Positions 11,377-23,373 of a DNA stretch of 64,000 nucleotides are shown piece by piece. Position numbers and translations under genes: made by a program. Each line of letters opens with the position of its first letter. Position 1 is the stretch's first letter. The notes below the pieces were generated by a model, which had not been told where the DNA came from, ran no database searches, and saw only the letters and a list, made by a program, of their open reading frames with translations. Source of the DNA: Mantamonas sphyraenae STR306 (taxonomy: Eukaryota > Protista > CRuMs); assembly GCA_026936335.1 (NCBI GenBank), contig JAPMXV010000043.1, positions 434,001 to 498,000 of the forward strand. The letters run 5' to 3'.

Positions 11377-14300
11377 ATGTCCAACACGACGACGGAGGCC
11401 AGCGTGGCCGAACGCACGGCAAATCTGGACACGACGCAGCTGTGGAATCTGAGCTTGCCGTTTCTGATTCCACTGGTGATTGTGTTTATGCTGGGATGGC
11501 TGCTGCTGCACTTTAAGCTGCGGTACCGCATGAAACGCCTCAAGGTGTGGCTGATTGCGATGAACCCAGACATGTTCAACGACCTGTCGCAAGCGAGCGT
11601 CATGCCATCGCTCATTGGCATGATGGTGGCTGTGGGCCTGTTGTGGTTCGCTGTGCCTGCCCTCGTGCTGAGCTGGGGCATCACCGTGTCGGCCCTGCTT
11701 CAGCCGGACTTTGTGGGCGCAACGATCATGCTGCTGCTGTTTGCGCTGCTGTTTACGCTTGGTGCCTACTACAACTGGCGTGTGGCCAACACCTGGGTTC
11801 TGACAAGTGAGTTTTTGGCGACCGGCGTGCGCGTCGGCGCAGCTGTAGCCGTTGCGCGGGAAAAGTCGTCGCGTTTGGGCCTGTGGCGGCATCCGCAGTG
11901 GACATGTGTTGTGCAACCGCAGACGGAACCATGGGCCTGGCACGACGAATGTGGGGCGGGAGGGCAGGCGTTGGGAGTGGGAAGAGTGAGTTCCACTGAC
12001 ACGAACTGGGGGGGGGCGGTGCGTTTTCGCGGTGTGGCGGTATGCGTTTTTGGCAGAGGGCACAAAGTGGCTGTTTGCCATGGCGCTGCTGTGTGTGGTG
12101 ACCATTGTGATCATGCTTGTGTTTGTGATCCAACCCTACTCGTACCTGGGCTTCAGCGCGGTTTGGCTGTCGCTGAACATGGTGCCCATGGTGTTTGTGA
12201 TCTACTACGGGTCGCCCGGCCGCTCCATCGACTTTTCGGTGTTTGTGAACGCAGACGACCCCGCTGCTCTGCTGGAGCAGCTCAAGACTGCGCCCAAGGA
12301 CGACGAGGTTGCAGGAGCTGGACAGAACGGTGCCGGGAGTGCCGAGGAGAACGGCAGCGCCAACAACGGCACGCCTGTGGAGAACGAGCACGGCAACGAG
12401 GGTGAAGAGAACGAAGAGGGACCGGAAGGACCGGAAGGACCGGAAGAAGGCAGCCAGGCAAAGGCATCGCCGCCACAGCTGGAAATGACGGCTCAGCAGA
12501 GACGGTCGCGAATCACCATGTCGTACCTGCTTGCGCTTGTGATTCTGCTGCTGTACGGCCTTTTGGTGCTGCTGACGACCAACAAGGGCGCCGGATTGGG
12601 CTTTGCCAACGCGGCAGCTGTGTTTGTGCTTGACATCTGCATCTACCTGCTGTTTACGGCGGGCCTTGTGCGCAACCCGCTGCGTGTGACGGCTGCCCTG
12701 GTGCTGTGCCGCGCGGCGCTGATTCTGCCTGGGGCAAACTACTGGTTTGTCGGCCACAGCATCGTCTACTTTCTGTTTGCCAACTTTCTGGCATTTGGTT
12801 ACGTGCGACGCCGGTTCCCGCTGAAGTCTCTGCCGGACCCGAGCGAGGCGCGGCCGGCGGCAAAGGACCCCGAACGGTACACGGGCATTGACGACGACGA
12901 CGGCGACGACGTGGACGCCGATTTTGACGACGACGAGCTGGACAACCCCAAGGAGGACCAGGAGGGACTTGCCGGATTTGGGTCGCAGCTGCAGGATGTG
13001 CAGCTGGCAGCCCCCAAGTCGAACCGTGGCTCGGCCTGGCTGTTGCTTACGGTTTCGTTTGTGGTGGAGACGCTGTTGGCGCGATATGTGTTTGCGTCGC
13101 AGCTTGTGACGCTGCAGCTGAGCGCAGGCGGCACTGCGCAGGCGCAGGAAAACTTTGGCTGGTCTGCGCTTGCGCTGAGCATCATCCTGCCCTTGTGCTA
13201 CGTGACGCTGCGCAAGCTGCGCAACAACGCGTGGCAGTTTACGGGCGACGTCCTGCTGTGGGTGCTTGTGACCGAGGTGGTCATCGTGGCCTGTGGCCTG
13301 CTGATCAACGCGTTGACAGCCAGCGCCATTGTGCTGTACACGGCCATCTATCTGCCGCTGATTGTCCTGCTGGCCATCAACGGCTACCAGCAGTGGGTGC
13401 GCCAGGACTACGAGCTGTACCGGTACCGTCAAATGGACGCCCAAGGCAACATGGTGGGGGCAGGGGCGGCGGCGAGCGGATCGTCGTCGTCCACGGGCGC
13501 TGCGGCTGGCTCTGAGGCTGGGTCGAGCAGTGGTGGAGCGGCCGAAGCCATTGAGGCACCGCAGAACCCTGCCGCGGGCGGGAGTGGCGAGTTCCGCTCG
13601 TTTTATCGCAAGAATAGGCGTCTGTCGCTGCGCGACGATCTGAAGAACGCCGACGACTCGAAGCCCGACGGAGAGCTGTCGCTGAAGCATGTGTACGGCT
13701 ACAGGGGACATGACGCACGGTCAAATCTGTTTTACACGTCGGAGGGCGAGCTTGTGTACCACGCAGCAGCGCTGGGCATTGTGATGCATCCGGGCACGCG
13801 AGAACAACGATTCATGAGCGTGCACACAGACGACATGACGTCGCTGGCCCACCACAAGGACCTGGGGATCACTGCATCGGGTCAGATGGGCAAGCGGCCG
13901 TCGCTTGTGGTGTGGGACAGCAAGTCGATGGAAGTGAAGGCGTCGCTGAAGTTCCACAAGCGCGCCATCCCGGCGGTGGACATGAGCGCAGATGGCGAAT
14001 GGGTTGTGTCTGTCGGAGACGACGACGACCACTCCGTGTGCGTGTGGAAATGGGACGGCGAGAGCAAGATCGTGGCGTCTGCCAAGGGCCCCAAGAACGC
14101 CAAGGTGAGTTGCCTGCGCGTGAATCCGCTTGACCGCACCGAGTTTGTGACGGGTGGTGTGAAGCACATCTCGTTCTGGAAGTTGGTGAACGGCCAGTTG
14201 GAGCGCAAGAAGGGCACATTTGGCATTGGCCTGGTGACCAACGTGCTGTGTGTGGAGTACCTGCAGAGCGGGCGTGCGATTTGCGGCACCAAGGACGGCG

Positions 14301-17300
14301 ACCTGCTTGTGTGGCAGGACGGCGCAGTTGTGACGCGCATCGAAAAGGCGCACAAGGGTGCAATCTTTGGCTTGCGTGTGCTGGAGGACGGGAGCGTGGT
14401 GACGGGAGGCAAGGACGGCGTGTTGCGCGTGTGGGAAGCTGAACCCAAGACGCGCAAGCCGTTGGAAGTGCTGAAGCTGCCCGTGACGACCAAGAACAAC
14501 AAGCGAGTGTGTGTGCGTGCCATTACGTACGATGCAGAGTCGCAGCAGTTTGCGGTGGGCACCAAGGGCAACGCGGTGTACATTGTGCCGCGTGGGGACG
14601 CCGAATCGACCGAGGCGCTGGTGCAAGGGCACGCAGAGGGTGAGGCGTGGGGTATGGCTGTGCATCCGCATCATGCCAACGTGGTCGCCACAGCGTCGGA
14701 GGATAGCACGGTGCGCGTGTGGAACACCGAGACGCGAAGGGAGATTGCGTACGAATTTGTGGGATTGAAGGTGCGCTCGTGCGAGTTCTCGCCGGACGGA
14801 ACACAGCTTGCGGTTGGCCAGCGCAACGGCGGCGTGCGCGTGTATGCGTTTGCGCTGACGAGTGCGAATGTGGCGACGCTGAAGCTGCGCAAGAAGTGGC
14901 AGCACCGCAAGCGGTTTGTGGACGTGATGCGGTTCAACCCGAGCGGGACGCGACTTGCGGTGGGGAGCCACGACACGTTTGTGGACCTGTATGACGTGGA
15001 GGAGGGCTACAAGCGTGTGGGCGTGTGCAAGGGCCACTCGTCGTACATCACGCACATCGACTGGAGCGCAGACGGCAAGTTTTTGCAGACCAACAGCGGC
15101 GACTACGAGCACATGTACTGGTTTGCAAACGGAAAGCTTCAGGCCAAGGAAAAGTCGATGGCTGGGTACGAAATGGCGTCGTGGACGTGCACGATTGGAG
15201 AGGAGGTGATGGGCATCTGGCAAGGGACGTCTGACATGACGGACATCAACGCAGTGACGCGCAGTGCGGACGGCGGGGTGCTTGTGATGGGCGACGACTT
15301 TGGCAAGGTGCGGCTGTCGCGCTTCCCGTGCCCTGACTTTCCACACAAGAAGGCTGGGTACAAGAGGTACAACGGGCACAGCTCGCACGTGACGCAGGCG
15401 CAGTTCAATGCGGCGCAGGACCAGGTGTTGTCGCTGGGCGGAGGCGACACGTGCGTGTTCCAGTGGGAGTACGACGCGGCGGGCAACGTCAGCGAGAGCG
15501 GGCTTGTGGAGGTGGAGGCGCCGCGCAGGCAGGCGGTGGAAATGGTTGCGCCGCGTGTGCAGGGAGAGAACGCAGGTGCGGGGGTGGGCAGCTCGTCGTC
15601 GGGAGAGGAGGAGACGACGACGACGGCGACACCGTCGGAGCCCGGATCGTCGGACAACCGTGCGTCCAAGGCTCTGACACCGGAGGAGCTGGAGGCGCAC
15701 GAGGCGCGTAACCGTGCACGTCAGGCGGACAAGACGGTGAAGGGGCGGTACTACGGAGGCCCGGAGCCTGCGTACCAAGCGTTCTTTACGGGCAAGTTTT
15801 CGAAAGAGGACTACCAGCTGATTGGAGGCAACGTGTTGCTTGTGCTGCTTGTGTTTTTCTACGGCATGACGATTGCCCTTACGTCGACGCCCGAATACGT
15901 GGGCTGGTCGATTGCGGCGTGGCTGGGCATTGTGTTGGCGACGGCGCTGCCTGTGCTGCGGTGGTTCAACACGTTTGAGCGCGACTGGACGACGATTGCA
16001 TCGGGAGTGACGGCTGTATTGCTGCTGCTGCTGTGGTCGCTGCTTCAGGGGCTGACGACAACGTTCCCGCTGCTGGCTCTGGCTGCGCCGGGGTACGTGC
16101 TGGCGATGGCGTTTGCGTTTGCTTACTGGAAGTGGAAGGACGACGGCTACGTGATGAGCGGAAGCGTCAAGGGTGTGGTTGGTGTGGGCGTGGTGCTTGT
16201 GGTGGGCGGCATGATTGCAGTTGCGGTGACGGTGAAGCCGTGGAGTGTGGGCGTTGCTGTGCTGGTGGGCATGATTGCGCTGCTGACAAGTGCGTACGTG
16301 GCTGTGCAGTGGTACAAGAACGGATTCTACCTGCCTGCGAAGCTGCGTGTTGTGGGCGGAGTGGCACTGCTGCTGATTGTTGGCCTGGGCCTGGTGGTGG
16401 GCTTTGGGTGGGGCCGTGCTTTTGTTGGATTCAGCGTGAGTGCAGGCTGCCTGTGGCTGATCCTGGTGATGTTTGCTGTGCAGAAGCTGAACGCAGACAG
16501 CCGCGGAGATGTGGTGGTGCAGTACGGCCGCAACATCTTCCCGGTGTACAAGATGGATCTTGAGACGGAGCGGTTGACAGAGTTTAACCAGGCGCCACTG
16601 TACGCGTACACGGCGCTGGTGATCCTGCTGGCGTGGTCGATTGCTGCGTCGATTGTGATGACGCCTCCGTACGTGGGGCTGGCGATGATTGCGCTGACAA
16701 TCATCCTGTTTGTGCTGCTTACGGTGCACCTGCGCCGTGTGCCTGCGGCCAAGTTTGGAGCGGTGGCGCACATGCTGACGAAGGAGGTGCTGGAGAGCAG
16801 TGTGCAGCTTGCGCACGGCAGCCAGATGAACAGCACGACGACAACGATGGTCAAGGCAGACGAGCGGGGTGGCGAGTACGCTGGTGCAGGTGTGGCACGC
16901 GAGCGGGAAACCGTGGTGGAAGTGGAGGCGGAGCGTGGAGGAGGCGAGGCCAGCGGACGCAGGCCCGATGTGGACGACCTTCGCCTGGAGCTCGCGTCAG
17001 AGTACAAGGAGTGGTCGCTGGAAGATCTGGAGGCCAAGGTTGTGGAGCTGGAGGCTGAGCTGAAGGCTGTGTTGGCAAGCGCTGGAAACCAGAACAACGG
17101 AGGGAACGGAAGCAAGGTGAGCCCGATGATTGGATCTGGGTCTGGGCCGCGTGGACCGAGTGGCGGGGATGACGACCAAGAAGATGAAGATGAAATGGTG
17201 GAGGTGATGGAAGAGGGTGGTGGTGGTGGAGCGGGAGTGGGAGGGGGGAAGGAGGAGAACGAAGAAGACGAGGAAAAGGAGAACAAGGCAAAGAAGACGC

Positions 17301-19354
17301 AAAAGAACGAGGATGTCGTTGCGGAGCAGGTGAACACGGTGCAGAAGGCGGCAGTCAAGAGGGGTGAAGCGGTGAAGTTGGCGCAGACGATCCTTGCGGT
17401 GGAGTTTTACATCGAGAGTCGCAAGATGGAGCACAACCGGTTTGCAGCGACGGTGCAGCTGCTGTGCGTGCGCAAGACCGAGTACCTGCAAAAGAGCCAG
17501 GCGCAGGAGTACAAGCAGTTCCTGCGGGATGTGGGGCGTGCGGACGTGACGGAGGAGATGATGAAGAACTGGACGAACGACGAGCGGGTGGAATTCGAGG
17601 CGATGTTTGCGGCGTGGAAGAAGGAGCAGGCGGAGAAGGAGGAGGAAGAACTGCGCAAGCAGAAGGAGGAGGAGGAAGCGGTGAGGCGACGACAGCGGAT
17701 GCTGGAGGAGCAGGACGAGGAAAGACGTCGCAAGGAGGCGGAGGAGGCAGAACGCATCCGACAGGCCAAGCTGGCGGAGTGGAAGGAGGAACAGGAGCGC
17801 AAGGCGGCAGAGGAGGAGGAGCGCCGACGTCAGGAAGAGGAGGAGCTGCGGCAGAAGCTGGAGGAGCTGGAGGAGGAGGAAAAGGCGAAGCGGCTGGCGG
17901 AGTGGGAGGAAGAGCAGAAGCGCAAGGCGGCAGAAGAGGAGGAGCGTCGACGCAAGGAAGAGGAGGAGCTGCACAAGCAACTGCGTGCAGAGGAGGCGAC
18001 ACGTGCGGCGAACCGAGCGGACGACCTGACGGAGTACAACGCGATTGTGGAGGAGTGCAGGAGCAAGGGAGGGAAGTGGACGGACCCGGAGTTCCCGCCA
18101 GAGGAAGGGTCGCTGCGTCACGGCCAGCTGGATGTGTCGCAGATTGCCGGGTGGAAGCGTATTCCGGAGCTTGCGGAGGAGCCGCGTCTGTTTGACGACA
18201 CGATTGAGCCCGGAGACATCCAGCAGGGATCACTGGGCGACTGCTGGCTGCTGTCTGCCATGTCTGTGCTGACGATGGACCGGGAGAAGTTTGATGCAGT
18301 GTTCTTGACAAAGGAGGTGAACGAGGAGGGCGTGTACGCACTGAAGTTTTTCAAGAACGGAGTGTGGCGACAGGTGATTGTGGACGACCACCTGCCGGTG
18401 TACGAGTGGGACGCGCCTTCGTTTGCGCACTCGAAGAACCCAGCCGAGTTTTGGACGTCGATCATGGAAAAGGCGTACGCAAAGCTGCATGCGTCGTACG
18501 AGGCGATCGAGGGTGGGTTTGTGAACGAAGGATTGGTGGACATGACGGGCGGGATTGCAGACACGATTCCGTTGCAGACGGAGGAGGGAAAACAGGACGT
18601 GGCGAGTGGCAAGACGTGGCAGGTGCTGAAGGAGTATCACGCGGCCAAGTACCTGATGGGCTGCGGGTCGTTCAGTGGGTCGGACACGGACACGAACGAA
18701 AGCGGGATCGTGCAGGGCCACGCGTACAGCATTCTGAATGTGGTGGAGATGGACGGACACAGGCTGCTGCATGTGCGTAACCCGTGGGGTCGTGGTGAGT
18801 GGACGGGCGACTGGTCGGATGGGTCGCCGTTGTGGACCAAGAGGATGAAGGCAAAGCTGGGGTATGTTGACGCAGACGACGGAGCGTTCTGGATGGCGTA
18901 CGAAGACTTTGTGCTGAACTACAGGGTGGTGTACGTGTGCAAGACGTTCAACTCGCTGTGCGTGCAGACGGTGGAAAGCGAGTGGCGCGGAGAGAGTGCG
19001 GGCGGGTGCTTCAACAACGAGAGCGCTGGGAACAACCCGCAGTGGGTGGTGCGTGTACCGCGACCGATGCGTGTGGTGCTTGTGCTGGAGCAGAGCGAAA
19101 AGCGAGGCACGGGACAGGAGACGATGTGCATCGGGGTGCAGATGCTGGACAAGGGTGGGAAGCGGGCCAAGGCATTGTATGTGGGCGACAAGGTGGCCGG
19201 GTCGAGTTACGCGTACAGCCGGCAGGTGTATTGCGAGGCGAGTGTGCCGAGTGGCGAGTTTACGATTGTGCCGACGACGTTCAACGCAGGAGAGGAGAGT
19301 GAGTTTACGCTGAAGGTGATGAGCGAGTACGAGGTGGAACTGGAGGCATTGTGA
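11377..19354 (+). CDS. DEK1-like transmembrane (TML) calpain with an inserted EML-type HELP/WD40 TAPE domain. Exons 11377-11806 and 12057-19354, about 2575 aa
   Basis: More than 20 hydrophobic helices in two blocks. HELP motif LSLKHVYGYRGHDARSNLFY (~13673) and WD40 repeats ending GHSSHVT...GGGDTCVFQW (~15470). E/K/R-rich coiled coil. CysPc with an intact triad (QGSLGDCWLL, GHAYS, RNPWG), then a C2-like domain III (AGGC, NPQW, IVPTTF). Intron GTGAGT 11807..CAG 12056 restores the frame. Confidence 0.93.
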
Positions 19355-19384
19355 GGGAGAAGGTGCGAGGAGGGAGGCAACGCA

Positions 19385-20332
19385 ATGGAATCGGAAATTG
19401 TGGAGGCGGCGAGTTGTGGAGACCTCGAACGCGTGTGTCGGTTGCTGAGGAGTGGGGTCAGTGTGGATGAGAGGACATGGAGCGGGAGGACGGCGTTGAT
19501 GGAGGCGTCGCAGGAAGGGTTTGTGGATGTGGTGAGGGTGTTGCTGGACGCCAAGGCAGAGGTGGATGCGGTGCCGCGGCTGGCGGAAACGGCGTTGGCC
19601 ATGGCCGTTCGGGAAGGCCACTCGAAGGTTGTTCGCGAGTTGGTTTGCGCAGGAGCGGACACAAACGTGGCGCTGTCATCGAGAATGCCGGTGATTGTCT
19701 TTGCGTGTCAACAGGGAGACGTGGAGACGGCAAGGGGGCTGCTGGAGGCTGGCGTGGACCTCGACGTCAGGGATGAGTTTGGGAGGACGGCGCTGTGTGA
19801 AGCTGTAGATAGTGGGAACATGGAGTTGGTGCGGATGTTGCTGGAGGCGGGTGCGGAAGTGGATGAGCGTGGGAGGCAAGATGCCACGGCGCTGATGGCG
19901 GCCAGCCAAAACCTGGACGTGAGTGCGTTGTCGCTGCTGCTGGCGTTTGGCGCAGATGTCAACCACGTGGACGAAGACGGATGGAGTGCAGTGGTGTACG
20001 CGGCCGATGGAGGCGATGTGTTGGATGAGAACCAGGAAGATGGGTTGGAGCCGCTGCGACTGCTGTTGGATGCAGGTGCAGACGTGAATGTGGTGACGGA
20101 TGGAGGAATGAGTGCATTGTCGTATGCGGTGGTGCGAGAGCGATGGGAGATGGTGGACGTGCTGCTGGATCACGGGGCGGACGTGCTGGAGTGGGAGATG
20201 TGTGTGGCAATGGAGTCGCAGGATGAGGATGGTTTCGGGAAATTGGCGCAAGCCGGGGGCGATCTGAATGTGTGGACATCCAAGGAGGTGAGGGACTGGG
20301 TGGCTTTGTGGAGAGAGCGCGAGGCGATGTAG
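19385..20332 (+). CDS. Ankyrin repeat protein (~7 repeats)
   Basis: Repeated G-x-TAL-x-x-A...V-x-x-LL-x-AGA-x-V motifs. Confidence 0.92.
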   Translation: MESEIVEAASCGDLERVCRLLRSGVSVDERTWSGRTALMEASQEGFVDVVRVLLDAKAEVDAVPRLAETALAMAVREGHSKVVRELVCAGADTNVALSSRMPVIVFACQQGDVETARGLLEAGVDLDVRDEFGRTALCEAVDSGNMELVRMLLEAGAEVDERGRQDATALMAASQNLDVSALSLLLAFGADVNHVDEDGWSAVVYAADGGDVLDENQEDGLEPLRLLLDAGADVNVVTDGGMSALSYAVVRERWEMVDVLLDHGADVLEWEMCVAMESQDEDGFGKLAQAGGDLNVWTSKEVRDWVALWREREAM

Positions 20333-20341
20333 AGAAAAACG

Positions 20342-23300
20342 ATGCGCGTCCTTGTGGCCTTGGCTTTGGTGTTGGTCATTTCCACGCATGCAGTGAGTGC
20401 GAGGTTCCAAGTAAACGGTGTCACCCATCCCGGGAAGCAGGGTGTGTTTGCTGGCAAGCTGTCGCTGAACAAACGGCGTGTAGCCGTGGTGGAGGGCGAT
20501 TTTTCCGCCGTCAGCGCTCTCGGAACGTCCGTGTTTGTGACGCAGGGGACTACGGCTGGGAGTTCGTTTGTGGATTCAAACGAGAGAAACGATTGTGAGC
20601 CAGCCGAGTCGGCGATTCGTGGCCAGCGTGGACTCCGCGTCGGGGCGCGCCAAGTGGAATGCAACGACATTTCCAGGGCCTGCGCTGCAGCAGGAGAACA
20701 TCGAGCTGGCGGGTCCGGTGTTGTCACATCCGGACTCTGCAAAGGATGTTTTGATTGTGTCCGATGAGAACGTGTACGGGTTGGACGTGAAGACGGGTGC
20801 GTTTCTGTGGTGGCACGGCGACGTTGGGTGCGGCGATGCGGTGGCACTTCCCAACGGCACCTTTGCAATGGGGTGCTCGAACCGCAGTTTGTTGTCTCAG
20901 GAAGTGCTGGTGGTCCGTGGGGACTCTGGTGAGGTGCAGGCGCGGCTGCGGAACGACTCTGTGTATTTTGTGCGCGTGGCAGCGGCCAATGCGACCCTGG
21001 TCGTTGCATTTGGCATAGTGCAGGGAGAAAAGCCAGAGGGTGTGTTGATTGTGTGGAACACGGCGACGGGGGGGTGGAGGTCGACCGATTTGCCAGGTAC
21101 CGGCGAGGGGGTGGCGTCCTTTGTGGCGGTGGAGGGGAACACCGCGGTGGTGTCCACAGTGGCAGGCGAAGGCACGAGCAGGAAGGATGCGATTGATGTG
21201 TGGGCAGTGGATGTGCAGTCGGGCGGCGTGCTGTGGCGGTATGGGAGCGAGAACACGCAGAGACAAAGGGCGCCTCACATTGTGGTGCGGCCGACGCAGG
21301 TGTTTGTGCGGACGCGATTGGAGTTGCCCACTCTGCCGGGAGGATCCCAAACCAACATCACCGTCCTGTCTCTGGTGAATGGACAGGAGCTGGCGACACG
21401 CATCCTGAGCTCGGGGACTGCAAACAGCGACGTGGACGGGTTTTTCTTCTCCACGACGCAGAATGCACTGATCACAGGTGTGTCGTCGTATGATGTGGCC
21501 GCAACGGGTGTTCTGAGCGAGGGCTCGCGTGCGGGCTTCACGTCTGCGCACATGCGCGGGTTGGCTGTGGATGATCAGAGCTCGTTTGCCATCCTGGAGC
21601 TGCAAACAGCCCGCATTGACAGTACAAAGACGGTGCACCGGTTCACACTGAACATTTACGGGTGTGGCGAGCATTTTTTGGATGCGGTGTGTGCCGAGTG
21701 TGCACCGGGCTATTTTCTCACCAGCCAGTCGTGCCAAGAGTGCCCAGCGTTTTCCCCCGTGGCGATTGTGGTGTTGATTGGACTGTTGTTTGCGGCCACC
21801 GTGGTGTGGTCTGTTTGGAAGCCGCCAAAGGGAGGCACGGGCCCGGAGGCGTCGCACAACATCGAGTTGAGTGTCCATGGGAGGGACGAGGGTGATGGCA
21901 AGAATTCAACGAGTCGCGAGGTTGGAGTGCCACAGTTGACACGGTTGATGCCATTTGTGCAGTTTGTGCACTTTGCGCAAGTGGTGTCGCTGTCGGCGCG
22001 TGTTGCGGCGCCTGGATTTTGGCCTCCGGTGGCGCTGGCAGTGGTGGACATCCTGCAGTTTCTGAATCTGGATGTGGAGCGTGTGGGTGTGCAATGCGAA
22101 GTTGCACTGGACCTGCTTGCGCGCAGTTGGTTGTTTGTGGGTGTGCAGGTGGGTGGGTGTGGCCTGTTGCTGGGTGTCATCGCGTACATGCGTGTGACGG
22201 GCAGTGGCACAGATGGACAAGCGGCCCTGCTTGCACGTGTGCTCATCCAGCTGATCCGATTTGCATTCCTGGGCGCGGCCGTGCGTGGACTGACGGTTTT
22301 TGATTGCATCGGCGAGTTTGAAGGCAGCGTGATGGTGGCCGATCCAAACGTAGTGTGCTACACCAGCACCAAGTGGGCTGAACACTTTGTGATGAGCATG
22401 TTCGGGCTGTTGGTGCTGTGTTTGCTGCCGCTGTGCGGTTTCTACGCCCTTTGGCAAAAGTACCGCGCAGAGGGAGATGAGGATGCATTTGTGCGCGACG
22501 CGTACGGGTTCCTGTTTGTGGACTACCGCGTGGATGCCGGATTCTTTGAGGGAGTGGTTCTGCTGCGCAAGGCGCTTGTGTCTGTCCTGGTGCTTGGATT
22601 CGAGACGCTGCCGACGCACATCAATTTCACGCTGTTCAGCGTCCTGACGTTGCTGACGCTGGTGACTGCGCTGGGTCGTCCGTACCGACGACGTCGTCGC
22701 AACGTGCTTGAGTGTGTGCTCACGTTCTCGAGCGCGCTTGTGTTTTTGCTTGCAGCTGTCGACAACATGGACGTGGCAGGGGCAGGCGACACGCCAGGCC
22801 TGATTGCCCTTGTGGTGGTGTTGGCTACCATTCCGGCGACCGTTGTGGTGGCAGTGCAGGATTGGAAGGAGGAGCGCTCGATTGGGTCCATGAGCGCAGC
22901 GGAGGTGGAAGCGCTGGAGGAGGACGATCAGCTGGGGGTGACACCCGGAGGATGGGGCGACCGTGCGACGCTTGCACGTTGGGCTGTTGCGACTGCCGTT
23001 GTGCATTGGAACGGGTGGATCGTGGGCTTGGTTGCGCTTGTGCTGCGGTTCAACGGAGGAAGCGAAGGGGTTCTGCGTGCGTTGCAGAGCACGAGCACAC
23101 TGACGTGGATCACCCCCGTGTTCATGGGCTTTCTGTTGTTTGTGAAGGAGCTGGAAGAGGAGGAGGAAGAGCATCCGCACAGCAAAGCGTTGGGCGCGTA
23201 CTTTGGCATCCATTTCAGCGCGGGCGGGATTGCCATGGTCAATTTTTATGTCACCGATGTGGATCCCGCGACTTTGATCGCGTTTTTTTGTGTCAGTTCG

Positions 23301-23354
23301 ATGGCGCAGACTGTGTGGTGGCAGCTGGCGTGGAGGCGATGGAGGAGCCATTGA
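20342..23354 (+). CDS. Receptor-like membrane protein: signal peptide, PQQ-like beta-propeller, Cys-rich neck and multi-pass TM region. The frame changes near 20560-20600
   Basis: Signal peptide MRVLVALALVLV in ORF 20342. Propeller-type motifs VYGLDVKTGAFLW and WAVDVQSGGVLW, CAECAPGYF..CQECP, and YGFLFVDYR...FFEGVVLLRKALV typical of protist TRP/GPCR-like TM domains. The two ORFs are offset by +1 nt. Confidence 0.75.
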
Positions 23355-23373
23355 ATTTTCATCGTCAACAAAA

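Noticed and set aside
13721-16816. 1031-aa - strand ORF, and similar ORFs at 11753, 18230, 21906, 25122, 35899 and 43562
   Set aside because: H/R/L-rich antisense shadows of well-supported genes on the opposite strand.
17630-17990. Repeated GAG/AAG-rich units as a possible array or satellite
   Set aside because: They encode the E/K/R coiled-coil or single-alpha-helix linker of the calpain (two LAEW..EQ.RKAAEEEERRR units).
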